In this document: positions 28,866 through 42,493 of the stretch, piece by piece
Layout of the letters: every line of letters starts with the position of its first letter
Numbering within the stretch: the stretch's first letter is position 1
NCBI RefSeq assembly: GCF_009914755.1
Contig: NC_060927.1
Length of the DNA stretch: 64,000 bases
Origin: the human T2T-CHM13v2.0 reference genome, Homo sapiens
Direction: 5' to 3' (one strand)
Notes under the pieces: generated by a model
Database searches by the model: none
What the model was told of the DNA's origin: nothing
What the model saw: only the letters and a program-made list of their open reading frames with translations
Made by a program: the position numbers and the translations under genes

Positions 28866-29829
28866 AGTAAAATACTTCAGGAAACACTTCCAGCAAGAAA
28901 AAAAATTAAAAATTAGCATCAAATATAACAGGATAAATTCTGTAGTATATTCAAGTTAAAAATAGTTATTGCAAATGAACAGGTTTTCTGATATTTCTAG
29001 ATTAAATACAAAACAGAAGAAAATGACAAAATTTTACATCTCACACTGTCTGTCAACCCAACATAGAGTTCGCAGTGTCATGATAATTGACTTTCACCAT
29101 CTGTAACCTTGCTAGGAGGTTAGAAAGGTCATTCATACTAGTACTTTTCCTAATATACTTTTTTCAGTTTGAACTACATTCTTTTTATATCTGAATCTCA
29201 AGGGGAAAATATTGACTATGTAACAATACCATACCAATTTTTTATTTCTGTTGAATATATAATCTTTTTCTTGTTCTAGTATTTCAAGAACTGAATGGCT
29301 GTTGAACACAAGCTAAAACCTGACATCCTATGATCACAAAAACTCAGATGGAATCCTAAATAGTTGTATTGATGTTTGGCAGTTATAGCTGGGTTACTTT
29401 ATTGCTGGTATATGCCCCACATATTTCTTCTTTATAAAGAAAATAGTTTGAAAAAAAATGTATCCAGTGACACCCTGCTTTTCCTGCCAATGATCTAATT
29501 GACTGTAACTATGCTCTATTAGCTCTGTGTATAATACGCCAAATTTGCAGACCAGTCAATAAAGAATTGTACGAGCCCCTATTGTGTGTGCTGGCAAGAG
29601 GGAGATGACTGACACTTGCTTTCAAGTTTCCCAAGGATGAGAAGGTTGGTTTTCTTTCCCCCTACTGTTCCACTGTGTGTCAGTATTAAACAGACATACC
29701 CTGCATATTTATAGGTAACTGCTCAAGCTAAGGGCCTTCTGTATTCTTGGCTCTTAGCCCCACCAAATGACATCCCATCAACGGAATTTTTTTAATCATC
29801 CCTTGAACTTTGTGTGGATTCTGACTGAC

Positions 29830-30200
29830 TCACTTTGTACTGGTTTTCTTTTACCTCTTTTTCTAATTTTTAAGATTTTGTTTTCATTTTCTTTTTAAGA
29901 TATTTCTCCAAATCCATTTTATTCTTCTGAACTTTTTAATATTGTTTTACCTTTATTGTTTTCAATTCCTTTTCTTAGTCCTTAATTCTCTCTACTTTTG
30001 TGTTTTCAACTTTTATATCATGGATTTTAGTCTTTTATGTTAATCTTTTATCTCTCTTACTATTATATTTTTAACTTATGATTCTTTGTATCTTTATTTC
30101 AAATTACTTATTTTATCTATAATTTTAGTGCCCAATCATTTGTCTTTATTGAGATTTAATCATCATGTTTAGATATTTTCCCTTTTAATTTATTCCGCAT
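29830..30200. repeat. T-rich low-complexity region
   Basis: Very T-rich, G-poor stretch with no clear unit. Confidence 0.6.
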
Positions 30201-30224
30201 CTCAAATTTTTGTTGTAATCGCCT

Positions 30225-30765
30225 CATAATACTTTACAGTAACAAGTAGGAACACTTCCATGAAGACAGCCCTCACTCAAAACGGCTGAACAAAATAAAG
30301 GGTTAGAGGGGTAGAATATATTAACTCACATTACTGAAAATGTCATCTTGTAGGCTTGGTTTTAGACATGGCTGAATTAAAAGTTTTGAAAACTCATCAG
30401 GATCCCGTTCTCTCCATGCTTCCTCTGTAATGCCGCATTCTAGAGAGGCTCACCAGCACTACCAACAGGGCGGCAGAGTTCCAACCTACTACCTCCTTTC
30501 TCATTCAAGTTCCTCAAAAGAGAGAGGCACTTCTCCTTCCGGGTCAGTCCTACCCAAGAAACAAGGATTCACTTGAAGCCAGAAGCAACCAATGTGACCA
30601 GGTAGAGTTTATTAACTGACTCAGACCTATGTCAAGTGTCTTCTCCCAGAACAGAGGGTGAGGCAGCCTCAGCCAAAGCAACTTGATTATTAGAGGAGGG
30701 AGGCTCCTCAAAATGAGAGAAAGTATGGCGGGTAAGCAAAAGAAAACCAATATCTACTAAATCTA
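30225..30765 (-). mobile_element. Old MaLR LTR (MLT1K/L/N-like)
   Basis: 'cactcaaaacggctgaacaaaataaaggg...tattaactcacattactgaaaa...ttttagacatggctgaatt'. Confidence 0.5.
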
Positions 30766-32730
30766 ACATCCTTTTCTATTGTCTTTAAAATGCTCCTCAG
30801 GATTCTTGACCTCGGAATTGTCAAATAAGCCTACAACATGAGAGGGCAAGCTGGAGACCTTGTTTCTTTCCTCTTTTACAGCAGCCTCTTCTCCAGCTTC
30901 CCATAGCGGGTGCTCTAGCATTTTTGGGGATGATTCTCCAAAAACAAAAACTTTCCAGAACTGTAAGTCTTACCAAACAGCCAAAACATTGTTAAGTGTA
31001 ACAAAATAGCTTCTTGACATGTCACACCATCTAGGCTTTAAAAAACAACAAAAAAGCATCAGGTATTCCTTTAACCTTAAAATGTTAAAATCCAATGGAA
31101 ATGGAGTCTGTATGGGCCAAAGGGAGCTGATATGTGAGTCCTTCCTTGCAGAAATGCCCTTTTTGCAACATCACTGGCCTGATCTCAGAACCAGAGGCTC
31201 AAATGAGTGAAAAGCATCAGGATAAAGCCAACAGTGACACTTCTTAGCTCTGGTAGATTTCTTGGAGTGTACTCCTCAACAGCAAAGACTCCTTTTAAAA
31301 TTAGGCAAAGACTGCATTTTTGACTGATTTTATTAGCATTTTATAACTTTCCCCCTTCATCTTTTCAAATATTAGAGAAAACAACTGTGGCAGGTATTAG
31401 TGTGCATTAGCCACCTTCATTGCATCCAGGCTGCTGTCCTGTTTTACACTTCATTTCATCAGAACTCCTTTCTTCCTAGTCTAATTCAGTTCCAGGAAGA
31501 TGATAGAGTTATAACTCCCTCTCAAGTCACTGTCTGCACACAGAGAATCCCTTTGTGATGGTTTTATTATTTTAATTTACTCAACACTCTCAAGAATAGA
31601 ATTAATCATGTACGGGGAAATGAACAACCCATACATAAATTTAACACATGCATAGACTATAATGACCTCTTACTCTTCTTCCCATTTTTCTTGAATCCTT
31701 TCCTGGTATTTTAGGGGTGATTTCTACGGCCTAAACATATGCATGAGGAATTACATAAAATGTCACTAGCCAAACTATTCTGCATTGCCTCTTGACTTAA
31801 TGCTTTCTACAATTATATAAATCCCAAACCCCATGGTTCAGCACTAAGCCAAAAACCTGCCACATCTACATGACACAGAAGAGCTTAACCTTGAAATGCA
31901 CCATACCAAATGGAACCCCATTCCTTGCCAAAAGCTTTGCAGACATCTGTCACAACATTTATCTCCCTTCAAGCAACAGCATCAGCGGCTCACAATGGTT
32001 TCTTACATTCCAAGTCTCTGGTTTCTCCCACTCCTTTTACAGGTCTTCCTCTACATTTATAGAACAGGTTTCCATCTCAAACCCAGGAAATTCTAGCTTC
32101 TTCCTATTACGTGTTTCCCTGGTTCAACCTACAACAATTATTTTTCCCACTGGTAAGAAACTCCTTCAACTTAGAGTTGACGTTTTTCAGGGTTGCTTCT
32201 TAACAGCATTCTCCATTAGTATCATACTGTTTTAATTACTTTAGTTTTAAACTGCTTGAGTATTTTTAAAGTAATACATCTACATGGTAATTTTTTTTTA
32301 AGTTCAAAGGGTTTAAAATGAAAGCACATTTTCTTCTTACACCAATTCTGGTCCATAACTTCCCCTTCCCTAGAGATAATTCCTAAAAACAGCTTGTGGT
32401 GTTTTCCAAGATATGGTTCCATATCCATAGAAAGAAACAGATATTCAATTTATTGAGAAATATCAATTTGGTGAAGTTTAAATTGACATAGCTTTATTTT
32501 TTCAATCCCTATATTCATCTGAGCTCTGAAAAAAAAAACTTTTCTACGTAACTTCTTAGGCAGATCCTATAACTTCTTTGGCACTTTCAGTTAAATTCAC
32601 CTCATATCCAGTTTAAATTTCATCTCCTCTCTTCTTCCCAGTGGATCTTTCCTGGGATTGCCTCACATGACTTGGAGTTAGGAAGAGGCTGATCTCATTC
32701 ATTGGGTAGAGGAAGAAGGAGAGAGTCTGG

Positions 32731-32762
32731 GTTGTTTGTTTGTTTGTTTGTTTGTTTGTTTT
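32731..32762. repeat. (TTTG)n microsatellite
   Basis: ~7 GTTT units. Confidence 0.9.
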
Positions 32763-33040
32763 CTGGATCAGGCATTTCAGATTGAGAGCTGGGGATGCAG
32801 GAGAAATAGGAGAAGAAGAGATGCTCTTGGGTCATTGGTAACCAGTGGGTGCTTGGGAGGCTCCTCTAGTATTCCTCTGGCTCAATCTTGTTCTACCTGC
32901 TACTGGTAGCCTCTGCTAATGGAGAGGTCTCTTCATATGTGGGATGATTTGCTTGGAATGGTGCTCAACTCCACCATGCCTTCCTCTTGCTGTTAGAAGG
33001 CAGCTCAGAAAGTGGCAGACTCACTAAAAGACTAGGAGCC

Positions 33041-33442
33041 TGTTATGGGCTGAACTGTGTCCTCCCAAAATTCCTGTGTTGAACCCCTGAAATCTAGTAT
33101 CTCAGAATGTGACTATATTTGGAGATAGGACTTTTATGTAGGTGATTCAGTGAGTTAGGGTGGGCCTCAATCCAATCTGACTGGCCTGACTGATCCTTTC
33201 CAAAGAGAAAATCTGGACACACAAAGACATGAAGGCTGTAGGAACCCAGAGGAAAGACCATGTGAGGACACAGCAAGAAGGGAGCCATCAGCAAGCCAAG
33301 GAGACAGGCCTCTGAAGAAACCAACATGCTGACACCTTGGTCTTGGACTTGTAGCCTCCATAGCTGTGAGAAAATAAATGTATTTTGTTTAAGTTACCCA
33401 GTCTGCGGTAGTTTGTTATGGCAGCTCTAGCTAACTAGTATA
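33041..33442 (+). mobile_element. MaLR LTR (MLT1B-like)
   Basis: 'tgttatgggctgaactgtgtcctcccaaaattc...cagaatgtgactatatttggagatagg'...'gtttgttatggcagctctagctaactagtata'. Confidence 0.9.
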
Positions 33443-34459
33443 TTCCCCAGCCCCTATATACCCGCTAGGACAAGAGGCTGCTTGGACAATCTCATTCCGT
33501 GTACTCAGAACTCTCCCTCATGCTCTTTTACATTTAGATCCAATACCCTGTAAATGAATCTTCCGTTTTTCCAAAGGACATGAGGAGCTGCAGATGGGGT
33601 TGTTCTATTCCTTTTCCCATACAAGTTACCCCCACATCCCTTCTTACTTCTCTGCAATAAATGACTCCTTCAGGCCTCCTGCTTGCAAGAATCTCTACAT
33701 AAGAAGTAATCCCTGGGTTCAGATTGCCTCCAATCCCTGGAACGCCTGTTAACCATTCCCAAGAGGTAAACTTCAGTCCAATTTGGCAATACCATAGTGA
33801 GCCTTCAGATAGAAATGCCATCCAGCCAGGAGAGAAAAATGCCAGACTCACCCCACTTCTTACAGGAGGCCCAATCACCACAAGTGAGTCTTCTGAAGCC
33901 CCTTCTGTATTTCTTGGAAGACAGAGCCTTGATGACTGGACCTATTCTCTAATCTTTTTATATAAGCAAGTGGGAGCAGAGGTGATGGTTGCTCTTGGTA
34001 AGCCCAAACGGAAGTGTCTGACCTTAATTGTCAGACACCTGAAAGGCAATCGAAAGGATCTTTCAGCATGTGGGGACTGAATACCTCTTTGTTCTCAACC
34101 TTGAGTCTTGGTCACCAATTCGAAGGCAATAGGAAAAGTCCAACTTCACACACAAGTATATATTTCACATTTTTTAATCAGAGGTGAAAAGAAAATGTAG
34201 TTTGTTTGGACTATAACTGATTTGGTCTTCAACTTCAGCCCCTACCTTCTAAATAGTGGGACACAAATCAACTTTTAGTCCTATCTGGTTTGAAACTTTA
34301 TCCAATGTCTTCATTTAATTTGTACCCTCAGGTAATGCTCAATATCTTGAGATAACTGCTCAGTGTTTTGCCACAATAAACAATATTCATGTCACTTTGT
34401 ACACATGCATAAGTGTATCATCAAGTAAATTCCTAGAAGTGGAATTTCTGGGTCAATTC

Positions 34460-35250
34460 CATTCAATAAAAAGTCAATAAATATTGAGAAACATATTTAT
34501 AAATAAATATTTGACAGCTTGCCAGACACTGTTCAGTGGTGCATCAATGAACAAAACAAAAAAATAAATATCTACCCTTGTGGAGCTTATATTCTCATGG
34601 TAAGGAACAGATAAAAACACAATAAATAAGTCAGTCATATAGTACGTGAGAAGATGATAATAGCTGTAGAGATGAATGAGAAGAGTAAGAGGGAATGGAA
34701 GCAGGAAGTTGTGATTTTAAATTGAGTGATCAGGAAAGGCTGCACTGAGAAAGCAACATTTCAGCAAAGACCTGGAGGAGGTGAGGAATGTGGCCCTACA
34801 GATAACTAGGAAAGCCTGTTTTAGGCAGAGGGAACATTGAGTCCAAAGGCTCTAAGATGGAAGGATCGCTGACAAATTCAAAGAAAAGCAAGGGGGCCAC
34901 TGTGGCTGGAGCAGAAGGAACCAGAACAGAATAAGAGATAAGATCAAATTGGTGCTGGGGCCAAGTTAGGTAGGGCCTTGCAGCCCAATATAGGAATTTT
35001 GGCTCTTGCTCTCAGTGAGATGGGAAGCCAATGGAAGAATTTGAGCAAAACATGAAACATGATCTAGCTTTTAACACACTTTCTGTGACTGTGTGTTGAG
35101 AGTAGATGTTGGGGACAAAGGTGATAGGAGGGAGACAGGAGAGGAGACCAGGGTAGCAATCCAGGTGAGAGAGGTCTTGGCTCAGACCTGGAAGGCAGTG
35201 GAAGAGGTGCAAAAATATGGTCAGAGTCTAGCTGTACCGTATTTTGAATG
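34460..35250 (-). mobile_element. L2 LINE 3' fragment flanked by minus-strand L1ME pieces (~34330-34455, ~35250-35700)
   Basis: 'tgccagacactgttc', 'cccttgtggagcttatattc', 'ggcagagggaacattgagtccaaagg', 'gagatgggaagccaatggaagaatttgagca'. Confidence 0.8.
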
Positions 35251-36674
35251 TATGTGATAGAGGTTGCCAAAGTGCCCCCAAAGGGGTTACACCAATTTAT
35301 CTTCCCACCAGACATGGAGGCTTCCTGCTTACCCACACCCTGGCCGATGCAGCATATTATGAAACTCCTGAGGCTTTGCTGCTCTGGTAGGTAAAAAAGC
35401 AGTGCCTCATTTTTAAACTTAATTTGTATTTTTCCATTTGTGAGTGAGCATAAATATTTTCCACATGTCTATAAACTATTTGTATTTGTTTTTACCTGTT
35501 CATGTCCTTTGTCCATTTTTCTGGTGGGTTGGTGATGTTAAAAATTGATTTGTAAGAACTTTTTCTATATTAAAAATTAGCCTTTTATCTGTCATCCTTT
35601 CTCAGTCATTTCTCCTTGATTTTTTCTATAATATTTTTTCTGTGTATACATTTTTACCCTTTATATACTTAAAATTACTGATCTTCCCTTTTAGGATAAC
35701 TTCTTTAGACAAGCATTTCTTATCCACCTATACTCCTTTCCCCAATGTCTCTTCCGAATACAGTAGTCCTCTAAGTTTCCAAAAGAAAGATCCTCATGGT
35801 CAAAATGTCTAGAAATAATTGTAGCCCCATCCCCTTCCTAGAGGCTTACAATGTACATGAGTTTTTTTTTTTAATCTCTCAGTAAAGAAACATCAAACCA
35901 CAAACCATGACCATCACCCCACTGTTCTCTTATTTTCTATTAAGTTCCATAGAACTGGTAATACTTAGAACATGGTTTGGAAAACACAACATTAGATATT
36001 CTTTGGAAAATACCACATTAGATATTCTAAAATCTATCCCCCAGTCAATCCAGCCATGAGTAGTGCTCCTGGGTTACATTATTTTTCCTACTCTCTCCCT
36101 CCACATGGCCCCACCCCACTCCACCCACCCAGATCCCTCCCTGTCACCAGCAAATGTGCTGGGCACATGTAGTGTTGACCAAACTTGTACATGATTTCGT
36201 CTGACCTTTTCAAATTCATTTTCCTTCTGCCCTGCCCTCTTCATCCACTTATTTTGTCTCATCATTTTGAATTTATTTTGCTTATACATGAGACCCCCTT
36301 TTACATTATTTCTGGAACATAGCAGAGAATGAGTAAACATAAAGAAATCCCATCTATGTACCACAAATATTGGGCTAGCACGTAAAATCCCGAAGATATA
36401 AAGATAAGTTTCTTGAAAGGGAGGAGCCTGCCAAAGTGAGGCTGAAGGTTTGAGAAAGTGGATGGGGGAGGAAAGAAAGAACCTCTGGCTTCAGCAGCAT
36501 GCCATGGCCCTGGAGTCACACAACCCGCAACGGCAATTGCCCCCTCCTGTCCTCATCTGTCACAAGGAGAGTAGGGTCCACCAGAAGGCATGCGGGACCT
36601 CTGCTGTGGTCAGGAGAAAGTGAGAGAAAGTTGAGATTGGAGGGGACAAGGGCTTGAGGAATTGACCCAAATTA

Positions 36675-36830
36675 GGAACTTTGGTGCTGCATTACCTGGA
36701 TTGGAATCCTGATTCCATCACAGACCAGCTATGTAAGCAGCCCTCTCTGAGCCTTAGTATCCTCATCCTTAAAAAATGGCTAAGAACATAGGACTTAATG
36801 AGTTGGCACACATACACACTTCGAGCAGCA
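36675..36830 (+). mobile_element. MIR SINE fragment
   Basis: 'cctggattggaatcctgattccatcac...ctctctgagccttagtatcctcatccttaaaaaatgg'. Confidence 0.7.
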
Positions 36831-38479
36831 TCTGGCATAAAGAAAGAACTAGGAAAAGGAACCCAGCAAGAAACATTAGGCTCAGGACAAAGAAAATGGA
36901 AATCAGAGGAACTGAAGAATGCAAAATCGTTCGTTCCATGTTTTGTTTTTTGATTTGTTTGTTTGTTGTTTCATTTGGAATGATCGGCAAATTGGGAGAA
37001 AGGTCCCAAGCACAACAGGATACAACCAATCCAAACCTAGGAGTACAGGAGCAAAAATAAAACTTATAAATATTAACTCAGATTCAGAGCCACTGCCTTC
37101 CCAAATGATGCCTTTCTGCAAATTAACGGGGTGGGGTGGGGTGGGAAAGCCCCTTCTCCAAGACATTTCCAAGCCACTCACCAAGAAATTATTTTAATAA
37201 ATATACAAATATACACTGGCGCTAATATGGAACAGTTCCCAGTGTTGTGCAGTGTACATCCCACAAAACCACACACCAGCCCTCAGTTCTGGCTGAAGTT
37301 TGTTTTCCTATCTTTATGCAATATGTTACATATTCTTTATCATGAAATGTTTAAACAAGAAACAGGAGAATAACATAAGCCATGTTCATCTTTCCTCCTA
37401 TTGTGGCAGGCTAGAAATTTTTAATGCTTATCAATTTTTCAAATAGATTTCTGAAAATGTATTTCACATGAGATGTATCTACTTCAAAACATAATTTTGA
37501 AAAAAGGAAATTAGCTCAAAAATTCAAGCTGTTGAAAAGTTGTTGAAAAAGATTGACTACGATCCAATGTTGGAAAAGCTGTGTTAGTAACTCCATTTTT
37601 CAATTAACTTCTGGAGAGATTTAACAAAACCTGAAAGGCTTTGAAAACATTTCTGCAACAATTGAGGTCCGCAGAAATATGACAGGGCTTGAAGTAGTTT
37701 GGCTGAAACAAACACAAACTAAACTTCTGGTTTGAGTAGAGGGTTTTTTTTTTCCCCCTCAAATTATTTTCCTTTCATCACAAAATAGAAAACCTCTTTG
37801 TTTCATGCATCCAGCTGAGCACCCATAGGCATTCATTCTGGTTTGGTCTTGGCTAAATGTAGAGAAACACAGTGGACCTGTTTCAAGTCGACGCTGCCGA
37901 CTCGTCATGAATTCATCACTATACTGTCACAAATGTCCTCCTACAGTGCTTTTCATTGCCTAGTGGTACCAAAAGAAAAGAGCCAGTATTGTTTATGAAA
38001 TGGCTGTGAAACAGATATTTGATTCTTTTTTTCCCCCTCCGAATCTGTTATAAGCAACGGAAGCAAAGGAAGGAGGAAGAAAAAGAGAAGGGCAGGCACT
38101 TCAGTGGTGTCAAACTGGGCCGGAAGGAGAAGGGGAGACAGAATAGAAGGAAAGAGTTGAAAGAGAAAAGAAGAAAGGTAGAGGAAAAGAGAGAAAGAGG
38201 AAAAAATCTTAGTTCTCCATCCACACACCGGGATATAAACAGACACTAATTTGGAGGATGATTTTTTTTTCACTTTTTTACCTTAAACCACAAATGTGTA
38301 CATCTTGGTAAGTCGTGAGCCATATTTTTACTATAGAATAAGCCCTATACTCATAGGAGAATTTCTTTCCCAAAGTTGTGCTATTTCGATTTTTATCAGA
38401 ACCTCTGGGTAACCAAAATAGGAGGCAAGTTTGAAACTGTCTTGGAAAAACAAAATGTTGCTCCATCTTACTGTACTCT

Positions 38480-38641
38480 CAGAGCCTGGACTAGGATGAA
38501 CAACTCGAGCATCTGTGATGCCACACTGAAGGAGGCACTCACTCTCAGGTGCCACCCCTGCACTCACGCGCCCTGACTGTGGGTGCCTCCTTGAATTTAG
38601 CACCTGGGTGTCTCACTTGCCTCACCCTAATCTGGGCCCTG
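38480..38641. mobile_element. MER91-like hAT-Tip100 MITE
   Basis: Imperfect terminal inverted repeats cagagcctggactagg / cctaatctgggccctg; internal 'ctcacttgcctcaccc'. Confidence 0.7.
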
Positions 38642-38915
38642 CCACCCAGTCCCACAAGTGCTCCTCTGCCCTTGCAGGAATCTGTGCTCTTTCTCTCACT
38701 TCCAGCTAAAAACCAGTTGCAGCATCTCCTTTCCCTTCTGAATCTCCAACTCCTTAACCACTGCCCACTTTATCCCAAGCCTTATTCTCACCTCCCACAA
38801 TCAAGCCTCTTTTGTCCTTAGGCATCTATGGCTGAGTTTTAAGCAAGCCACCAAGAATTTTAGAAGTTAATCAGTAATTCCTGGGCCTCGTTTTGATTCA
38901 AAAAAAAAAAAAGTT

Positions 38916-39202
38916 GCCAGGCACAGTGGCTCACACCTTGTAGTCCCAGTACTTTGGGAGGCCAAGGCAGGCGGATCGCTTGAGCCCGAGTTCAAGACCA
39001 GCCTAGGCAACATAGCGAAACCCCATCTTCACAAAAAGTTAGTCAGACATAGTGGTGCACGCCTGTGGTTCTGGCTACTCAAAAGGTTGAAGGAGGAGGA
39101 TCACCTGAGCCAGGGAGTTCAAGGCTGTAGTGAACTGTGATCGCATCACTGTACTCCAGCCTGGATGACACAGTGAGGCTCCATGTCAAAAAAAAAAAAA
39201 AA
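38916..39202 (+). mobile_element. Alu SINE (AluJ-like)
   Basis: 'ggatcgcttgagccc', 'gttcaaggctgtagtgaactgtgatcg', poly(A). Confidence 0.94.
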
Positions 39203-40049
39203 TCAATAAAAGAAATTTTGTGTTATCCTGTGAAACTATGAAACCACCTTTAGTGATCTCATTCCCTAAAAATAAATCTCCGAAGTTCTTTCCAAAACAG
39301 ATTTGTACTTAAGGATGACGGAAAGTCTAACATGATGTGCCTTTCTACTTAGTTATTGATTGGATTACTTTATTATTAGGTTAGATTCAGAAAATGGTTT
39401 TCTAGAGGAAAAGATAATGTCACAGAGACACCTCCTGGGGTTTTCTTCAGTCACCCAGAACCATCCCTTTTCCCACTCAACTTTCTTCCTTCCCTACAGG
39501 CAACTGCTCTATACCAGGCCTCTCTTAGGGAGACATGTCTTATCCCTCAGGTGTGCGGAAAAACACGGCTTCTGCTGGAGATGGAAAAAGGACTCTGGGG
39601 AGGACAAGATGCCTCATGTCAAAGCAACAAGGTTCCAGTGAAGAGCTGCAGGCCTCAGAGGCAGGTAGGCAGAGCCATTTCTTGGTCTGAACGTCTTTCT
39701 TCTTCGGTCCCCAGCAAATCATCACAGTGAGCTGTCAGCATTTTCCCCACATTCTCCAGAAGCAGCCTCTGGATCCTAAACACAATTCTTCCTTTGATTC
39801 TTTTGATGACGGTGCAACAGCAAAATGCTGTGGCAATCAAAACTGCCTGAAAACAGCAGATTAGCCATTCCAAGTTTTAACTGAGTTAATCAAAGAACTG
39901 TCAGCACAGATGCTGTCCATGGTTCTCCTAGAGATGAAATCTCGATGCTGTGTCCTTGAGACTTCTCATTTAGAGGGCCTCTTCCAGACAGAAGTTTGGG
40001 ATATTCACAAGACTAACTTCTACATGTGGTGAGGTTGAGGATGAGGATA

Positions 40050-40240
40050 GCAGTGAAGATGTGCCAGACACTTAAAAACACTATCTCATTTAATTTTCCA
40101 AAGAGTCCAGCCAGACACATACCAATGTCTCCATTTTGCAAAAGAAATTGAGGCTCAGAGAAGTTATATGGTCACTCAGCTAGGAAAAGCTGGAATTAGA
40201 ATTGGAGCCTATGTCTAATGTTCTTAGACTTCACACTCTT
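40050..40240 (-). mobile_element. MIR SINE fragment
   Basis: 'tgtgccagacact...tatctcatttaat...ccattttgcaaaagaaattgaggctcagagaagtt'. Confidence 0.7.
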
Positions 40241-40554
40241 TGCCCCTGTTCACCCCTCCTCATTTTTTCCTCCCATATGCAATGTGCCTAATACTCTTCT
40301 CAAGAGCACACATGCTTGATTCACAGCTTGGGCCTTGGCCTTTCTTTTCTGAGTTTGAATCATAGGCAGCTAATGCTAAAGGGGTCTTCTCACACAGCTT
40401 TGTGCAATCCTCTAAATTATGATGAGAAAACTAAGGAGCAATAGATTAAATGGCTGTGGCTCTAGTGAGCCATTGAGTCAATGTCGGCACCAGGACCACC
40501 ACTGACTCTGGGGCAGTATGCTAGCACTTCATAGTGCTCTCAAAGTTGTGCAAG

Positions 40555-40812
40555 GGCCAGGCATGTGCCTCACACCTATAATCCTAGCAACTGGGGAGGC
40601 TGAGGCAGGAGGATCCCTTGAGGCCAGGAGTTTAAAACTAGCCTGGGCAACCCTTTTTCCTAAAAAGTTTTAAAGCATGGTGGTGCACACCTGTAGTCTT
40701 AGCTACTCAGGAAGCTGAGGCAGAAAGATCCCTTGAGCCCAGTAGTTCAAGGCTACAGTGAGCTGTGACCGCTGTAACGCACTATAGCCTGGGTGACAGA
40801 GCAAAATCAAAC
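40555..40812 (+). mobile_element. Alu SINE (AluJo-like, degenerate linker)
   Basis: 'ggaggatcccttgaggccaggagttt', 'gttcaaggctacagtgagctgtg'. Confidence 0.9.
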
Positions 40813-41531
40813 TTTTAAAACATATATATACATAATATATATTTTTAAATATTGTACAAGGAGAGACCCATGTCATGGATGTGGGGAGCTGATTCTCTCA
40901 AGCCTTTAACTTTTCTGGGACACACAGGTAAGTGGGGAGCTCTGGAGTGACAGTGAGGGGCAGCATTCACACATGTCAATCATGTTTGACTCTGGCACTT
41001 GCTGTTACTTTTCAGCAGAGCAATTCTAGTCATCAAAACCCATAGAGAAAGCACATATTAAACAGAAACAGATTTTCTAGCACTTTTTCTGGGTGAGTTC
41101 TTTCATTTTCTTCTAGGACTTTCTGGTTTTCTCATCCTGGAGTGTGGCAGTACAAGGTTTAAACTACTCTTCAAATCACCACCACTGTCTACTTCTTCAA
41201 TTCCTTATTACCTATTTTCCAACATGGCCCCTTGGGCTGAGTAATCCAGTTTATATAAACCCCACACACCCTCTACAGGTGATTTACCTGCTCCTAGATG
41301 ACTGCCTCCTCCCTCTGGTACCCACCTCCTTAGTTCCTCTAAGCCAGAAGTTGTAGTCACAAATGGCTTCAGGAGCTAGGAAGATAAAGAGAAATGTGTA
41401 AAGTGCCAGGTGTATGATGATAGGGAATGGTGAGGAGGGTAGCAAACTAGAAGGTGCATGCCCCATCTACAGAAATACAAATTTTAAAAAATATAAAGCA
41501 TTCTGCTGACCAAATAGAATACTTGTACAGA

Positions 41532-41852
41532 ACTGGATGCAGTGGCTCACATCTGTAATCCGAGCACTTTGAGAGGACAGGGCAGCAAGATAGCTTGAGG
41601 CCAGGAGTTTGAGACCAGCCTGGCCAACATAATGAGACCCTGTCTCTACAAAATTAGAAAATAAAAAAATTAGCTGGGCATGGTGGCACACAACTGTAGT
41701 CCTAGCTACTCAGTAGATTGAGCCTTGAGTAGCTACTCAGGAGGGCTGCTTGAGCCCAGGAGTTTCAGGCTGCATTGAGCTATGAATGAGCCACTGCACT
41801 ACAGCCTGAGTGACAGAGTGACAGCCTGTCTCCAGAAAAAAAAAAAAAAAAA
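41532..41852 (+). mobile_element. Alu SINE (AluJ-like) inside a probable MER102-like DNA element (~41345-41910)
   Basis: Full dimer and poly(A); degenerate TSD agaatacttgtacag / agaatccttgtgcag. Confidence 0.92.
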
Positions 41853-42473
41853 GAATCCTTGTGCAGCCTGGATTCACTTGGATTCAGTGGGCACCAGTTT
41901 TCAATCTTGTCAGGTCCCTCCTCTAAACTGCTGGCATTTCTTTCTTTAAATCCTTTCTCAAAGTCAAATTTGTTTCCTGAGTATTTTCTTTACTAATCAC
42001 CGCTCCTTTACAACCCTTTAATTGTATATACAATTTGTACCCTTTTATCTGACTTTCATATTTTATGTATTTTAAGGCAAGAATGGTTTATCTATGTTTG
42101 ATATGTCAACTTTACTTGAGGCCCTACCTCAAATTTAGTTAATCAGAACCTCCAAGGAAATATAGTGCAAAGTATACAAGTCTTATAAAATAACTCTTAT
42201 TTGGTACAAGTTCTATTCCTAAGTGTTTACATTTGTGTCACTGGAATCTTTGGAAATTCCTAACAATGGGGCAGAAGTTAATTTTCTGCATCCCCATAGT
42301 TTGGAGGAAAGGGAAACATTCTGTTGTTAATTTGCACAAATACAAATAAACCATATGGCTTTCTGAATGACTGAGTCACTATGACACCCAGCCAACTATG
42401 CCTCTACCATTTCTCACATGTCTCCCAGAAAGCTGTCAACACAGTTCATCTTAATGACTCATCATTCTGTCAT

Positions 42474-42493
42474 CTGCTGCCCTCTACTGGAAA
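42474..42493 (-). promoter_or_regulatory. Candidate CTCF binding site
   Basis: Minus strand reads TTTCCAGTAGAGGGCAGCAG, fitting the core CCASYAGRKGGCRS; lies in non-repeat DNA. Confidence 0.6.

Noticed and set aside
31870-32235. 121-aa plus-strand ORF
   Set aside because: Ser/Phe-rich, no recognisable homology and no convincing splice context; treated as chance
37840-37925. Possible C/D-box snoRNA on the minus strand (GTGATGA box C)
   Set aside because: No CTGA box D at a suitable distance and no terminal stem
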